NCBI GenBank assembly: GCA_965262715.1
Contig: OZ253553.1
Coordinates: 1,088,001-1,152,000 of the forward strand
Direction: 5' to 3'
Length of the DNA: 64,000 bases
Source: Bdellovibrionales bacterium
GTDB taxonomy: Bacteria > Bdellovibrionota > Bdellovibrionia > Bdellovibrionales > JAUICD01
In this document: positions 61,574 to 64,000 of the stretch, in pieces
Layout of the letters: every line of letters begins with the position of its first letter
Numbering within the stretch: position 1 is the stretch's first letter
Translations under genes and position numbers: made by a program
The notes under the pieces: model-generated
What the model was told of the DNA's origin: nothing
What the model saw: only the letters and a program-made list of their open reading frames with translations
The model's database searches: none

Positions 61574-62209
61574 TTACAGGGTTGCTCCATCTGCACGTAA
61601 AACTTCTGCAATTTCAGTATGACCTTTGTCTTCTGCCCACCATAAAGCCGTCCTTCTACGATCATCTCTTTCATTTACATCCACGCCTCTGGCAATTAAA
61701 GTCTTTACAATGTCAAGACGGTCATGTTTAACAGCAATTATTAAATCTCTACTACCCTTAATGAGAGCATTCACCTTCGCTCCTGCTTCCAGCAAAGCTT
61801 CTACATTTTCAATACGGCCATATGTAATGGCAAACCTTAAAGCTGTGTAATCAGATGTAGTTACACTATCTAAATTGTTGACCCCTGCCTCAAGAAATGT
61901 ATTTAAAATATCAATATCTTCACACAAAGTACTCTGCATTAAAATTGTCCTACCATACACATTTGCTGCATTCACCTCTGCGCCTTGTACAAGCAGCGCA
62001 TGTATTGTATCCAGATTACAGCGATGGGCTGCGAACATCAAAGGTGTTTCACCATATTGATTTGCTCCATTCACCTTCGCTCCACTTACTAAAGCTATTT
62101 CTACACATTCAGTTGTTCTACAAGAGAAAAGAGCTTGGGTAGCTTCTGTAAACCCTGTTAAACAAAAAGATGAAAGGCAAATAATTATATTTAAAAGTTT
62201 AAATTTCAT
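61574..62209 (-). CDS. Secreted ankyrin-repeat protein
   Basis: Signal peptide; GETPLMFAA, YTALRFA and RTALWWA. Confidence 0.9.
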   Translation of the reverse strand: MKFKLLNIIICLSSFCLTGFTEATQALFSCRTTECVEIALVSGAKVNGANQYGETPLMFAAHRCNLDTIHALLVQGAEVNAANVYGRTILMQSTLCEDIDILNTFLEAGVNNLDSVTTSDYTALRFAITYGRIENVEALLEAGAKVNALIKGSRDLIIAVKHDRLDIVKTLIARGVDVNERDDRRRTALWWAEDKGHTEIAEVLRADGATL

Positions 62210-62802
62210 AACAACCTACTCTGTTAAAAGTCTTCATGGAATATCAAAACTGAAACATGCAATAAATAAGCCAAATTAAAAAGCAATAGATACAATAGAT
62301 ATCGGATACAGTTCCAATAAAAGTGACCTTTTTAGGTCTTTTAGTGACAATATTGAAGAAATATAGATGTTTTTAGGATCATCACTAAGAAATCATAAAA
62401 ATATTACCTTATTCTTTGACTTTCCGTTTATTGAATTGATTTTTATTTGAAAAAATATCAAAAGCACTTAATTTGATTTTAAAAATGGGAGAGGATTTTC
62501 ATAAAGGCTTCCATTCTATTTTTCCAACTACCCAAAAATAGTCAGAGACTCGCCTCGAAAAATAACTTTAAATTCTTATTAGAAAATAAACCACGATCTC
62601 CCAACTATAAATCTTCTAACTTGGAACTTCTCTCTCAGCTTGTCAATCACTGAAGACAGTGTTTTACCCTCAAGTGTAAATAATATCAAAGATTATATTC
62701 AGAAAAATGACTTCTTTTTTCTTAGATTTGTCTATCATAATCTATTTCAAAAGATCATTGTTCAACCTCTGGATGAATCAGAAATACGGCTTAAACTTGT
62801 CT

Positions 62803-63751
62803 TCAAAGTGAGCCACTTCCATCTCGACATGCTGCTATTAAACCTTGCTTGATTCCATGGCTATGAGGTGTTCCAAAAGTTACAAGACCATTGCCAGATA
62901 AGTCTAGGATAGATTGAACAACTGCTGCATCACGTGTTGAAATTAACGATATAATATTATTATTTGCTCTTATCAATTGTCTCATATTTAGACGAGTCAT
63001 AGTAGAACCTTCTGGAACTCCAAGATTATCCAGAAAGCTTTCAAGTCCACTCTCTGAAATCAGAAGACTTCTAATATTCACATCTTCCATAAAAGATAAA
63101 ATTTCTGAATATTGAGCACCTGTAATGTGAGCGTCTTTCCGAATAAGTCCTATCAAATAATTAACTTGGTTTATATTATCAATTGTTTCTTTTTTCAAAT
63201 CCTCATCTTCTAATGGAAATATCCAACCCTATGAAAATCTTCTCGATGAGTTACTCGAGCAATGGCATAAGCCTCAAACACAAGAAAAAGTAATTGATCT
63301 GTTTTATTGGAACTCCATTCTGATGATTGATTCAAATCTGTGTTTACCCTATCTCGAAATCTTAAATAACTATCATTGGCAGTATCAATATAAGCAGTAT
63401 CCGCTTCAGAAACCTCAACGCCAACCCAGTCTATCTTTCCAGATTTAGCCAGTTCTGTGATTTTTTGAGCATCAGATTGCTCAGAGACAATCATCTCTTG
63501 ATAGTCATCAAGCAATTGATTTAAATAAGCCGCAGTCTCTTCTGTTTCATAATTTCTTTCAAAAACATCCGCAACTTCATTAGACTCAGTAGTTAGATGT
63601 TTTGTAAATAAAGTATATACTTGCCGATCACCTATCTGAATGACTTCAACACCTTCAATGTCTGAGTTAGAAAAAACACAAGCTTCTGTCTGAGCAAGCA
63701 CTGACTGATAACTCAACAAACTCACCATATAAAAATTTCCTAGAACTCATA
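62803..63751 (-). pseudogene. Exported protein split by one frameshift (TraB/GumN-like motifs)
   Basis: The frame of ORF 62803-63198 stays open upstream (IFPLEDEDLKKE) and overlaps the end of ORF 63210-63728; WVGVE and FGTPHSHGI motifs. Confidence 0.55.
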
Positions 63752-63860
63752 GTAAATACCTACTTTATCTTGCATGCTGTATAATATTACAAATTATAAG
63801 CAATATACATACCAACTAAATAAATGTAATAACTTTCTTAAAAAAAGAAGAGTATCTGTC

Positions 63861-63933
63861 TACTCAAAATAAATAGATTTTTGAGGCAGTCAAGTATTTG
63901 CTGACGGTATGAGCCGTCAGGCTGACTGTCTAG
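63861..63933 (+). repeat. 3'-truncated copy of the structured element
   Basis: TACTCAAAATAAATAGATTTT..TATTTGCTGACGGTATGAGCCGTCAG matches 16321-16380. Confidence 0.75.
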
Positions 63934-64000
63934 TAAAAACCATCACCCTCGAAAGAGTTTAGGTTTTCTAACTCCTAATGAGTTTCATAGACAAAAGATG

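Overview
AT-rich bacterial chromosome segment. The Agl/Glt-like gliding-motor cluster suggests Bdellovibrionota or a related lineage (inference). Housekeeping islands (fabD-fabG, lepA plus tRNA-Arg(UCU), ileS-lspA-lgt, fur) sit among accessory DNA. That DNA holds a split sugar-nucleotide/glycan cluster, seven signal-peptide ankyrin genes (one fused to a beta-barrel), an Rpn nuclease and an orphan Rpn C-terminus, an orphan AbiEi antitoxin, a DoxX-DUF692-DUF2063 (MNIO) operon with no visible precursor, a DUF1704 peptidase/ATP-grasp/FGase operon, a Fic protein, a GDPD-FAD-oxidase fusion, many IS elements and remnants (IS5/IS903, IS1634, IS30, IS1595), and pseudogenes. The most unusual non-coding signal is an array behind tRNA-Arg: 3' tRNA fragments alternate with variants of a ~105-nt three-way-junction element. 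The stems of that element covary across copies, and further copies are dispersed through the window. All calls come from reading motifs by eye; no database searches were run.
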